The translations under genes and the position numbers were made by a program. Source: Trichosphaerium sp. ATCC 40318 (Eukaryota > Protista > Tubulinea). From it: a DNA stretch of 64,000 nt. Positions 63,668 through 64,000 of this stretch are shown here, one piece after another (position 1 is the stretch's first letter; each line of letters starts with the position of its first letter). The notes under the pieces were generated by a model. It saw only the letters and a list, made by a program, of their open reading frames with translations, made no database searches and had not been told where the DNA came from. The DNA lies in the NCBI GenBank assembly GCA_038496445.1, contig JALMLS010000486.1:1-64000 (forward strand), in the 5' to 3' direction.

Positions 63668-64000
63668 TTTGTAAAATACAGTTGGGAGTACCAACTACAA
63701 AACCTCTAAAGTGCTGTGATATTAGTAGTGCTAGTGCTACACGTTTCTCGTTATTTGATAGCACGTAAACGTGTAGATGTACAAGTTTGTACTAACATTT
63801 GATAAGCGTCGTTGATACGATCGTTGTTAGATAGAAAACTCAGTAATTTTCAAGGTAGTTTTTGTGGGAGAATACTGGTTGTGGTTTTTGGGAGTATTTT
63901 TGAACTAATGTGACTTTCTTTTTTCAAGTTTTGTTTACTAACGATAAGATGCCAATTCGTGGGTTGCAAAGTGCGGTAATATTGTAAAGTAGGCGTAACA

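Overview
AT-rich, gene-dense eukaryotic (protist) nuclear DNA. It uses the standard genetic code and has many short spliceosomal introns (mostly GTACGT...AG, with a recurrent GCACGT...AG class). Mitochondrial FtsZ, a cAMP-receptor-like GPCR and a U73 tRNA-His suggest an amoebozoan-like host (inference). Architecture: bases 1-14561 are repeated in inverted orientation at 31858-49294 around a 17.3-kb unique spacer. The arms carry an F-box gene, a GT-A glycosyltransferase-MYND gene, a GLTSCR1-domain gene, RPS18, the ADP/ATP carrier, and a tandem array of a variable type I membrane protein (2 copies left, 3 right). The spacer holds a Nudix-RGG gene, ftsZ, a secreted HExxH protease with a GDPH domain, an S1P-phosphatase-like gene, a tRNA-His/tRNA-Gln pair, a VIT-VWA gene and an EEP gene. 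The right flank holds a repeat+nuclease-like gene, an intronless F-box/LRR gene, a PQQ-type dehydrogenase, a GPCR and a KCTD-like BTB gene. The standout observation is that the VIT-VWA protein contains an inserted Rab5-like GTPase domain with motifs in the order G2-G3-G4-G5-G1. This apparent circular permutation differs from the known YRG (G4-G5-G1-G2-G3) and cpRAS (G3-G4-G5-G1-G2) types. All gene models were spliced by eye, so exon boundaries need RNA-seq confirmation.
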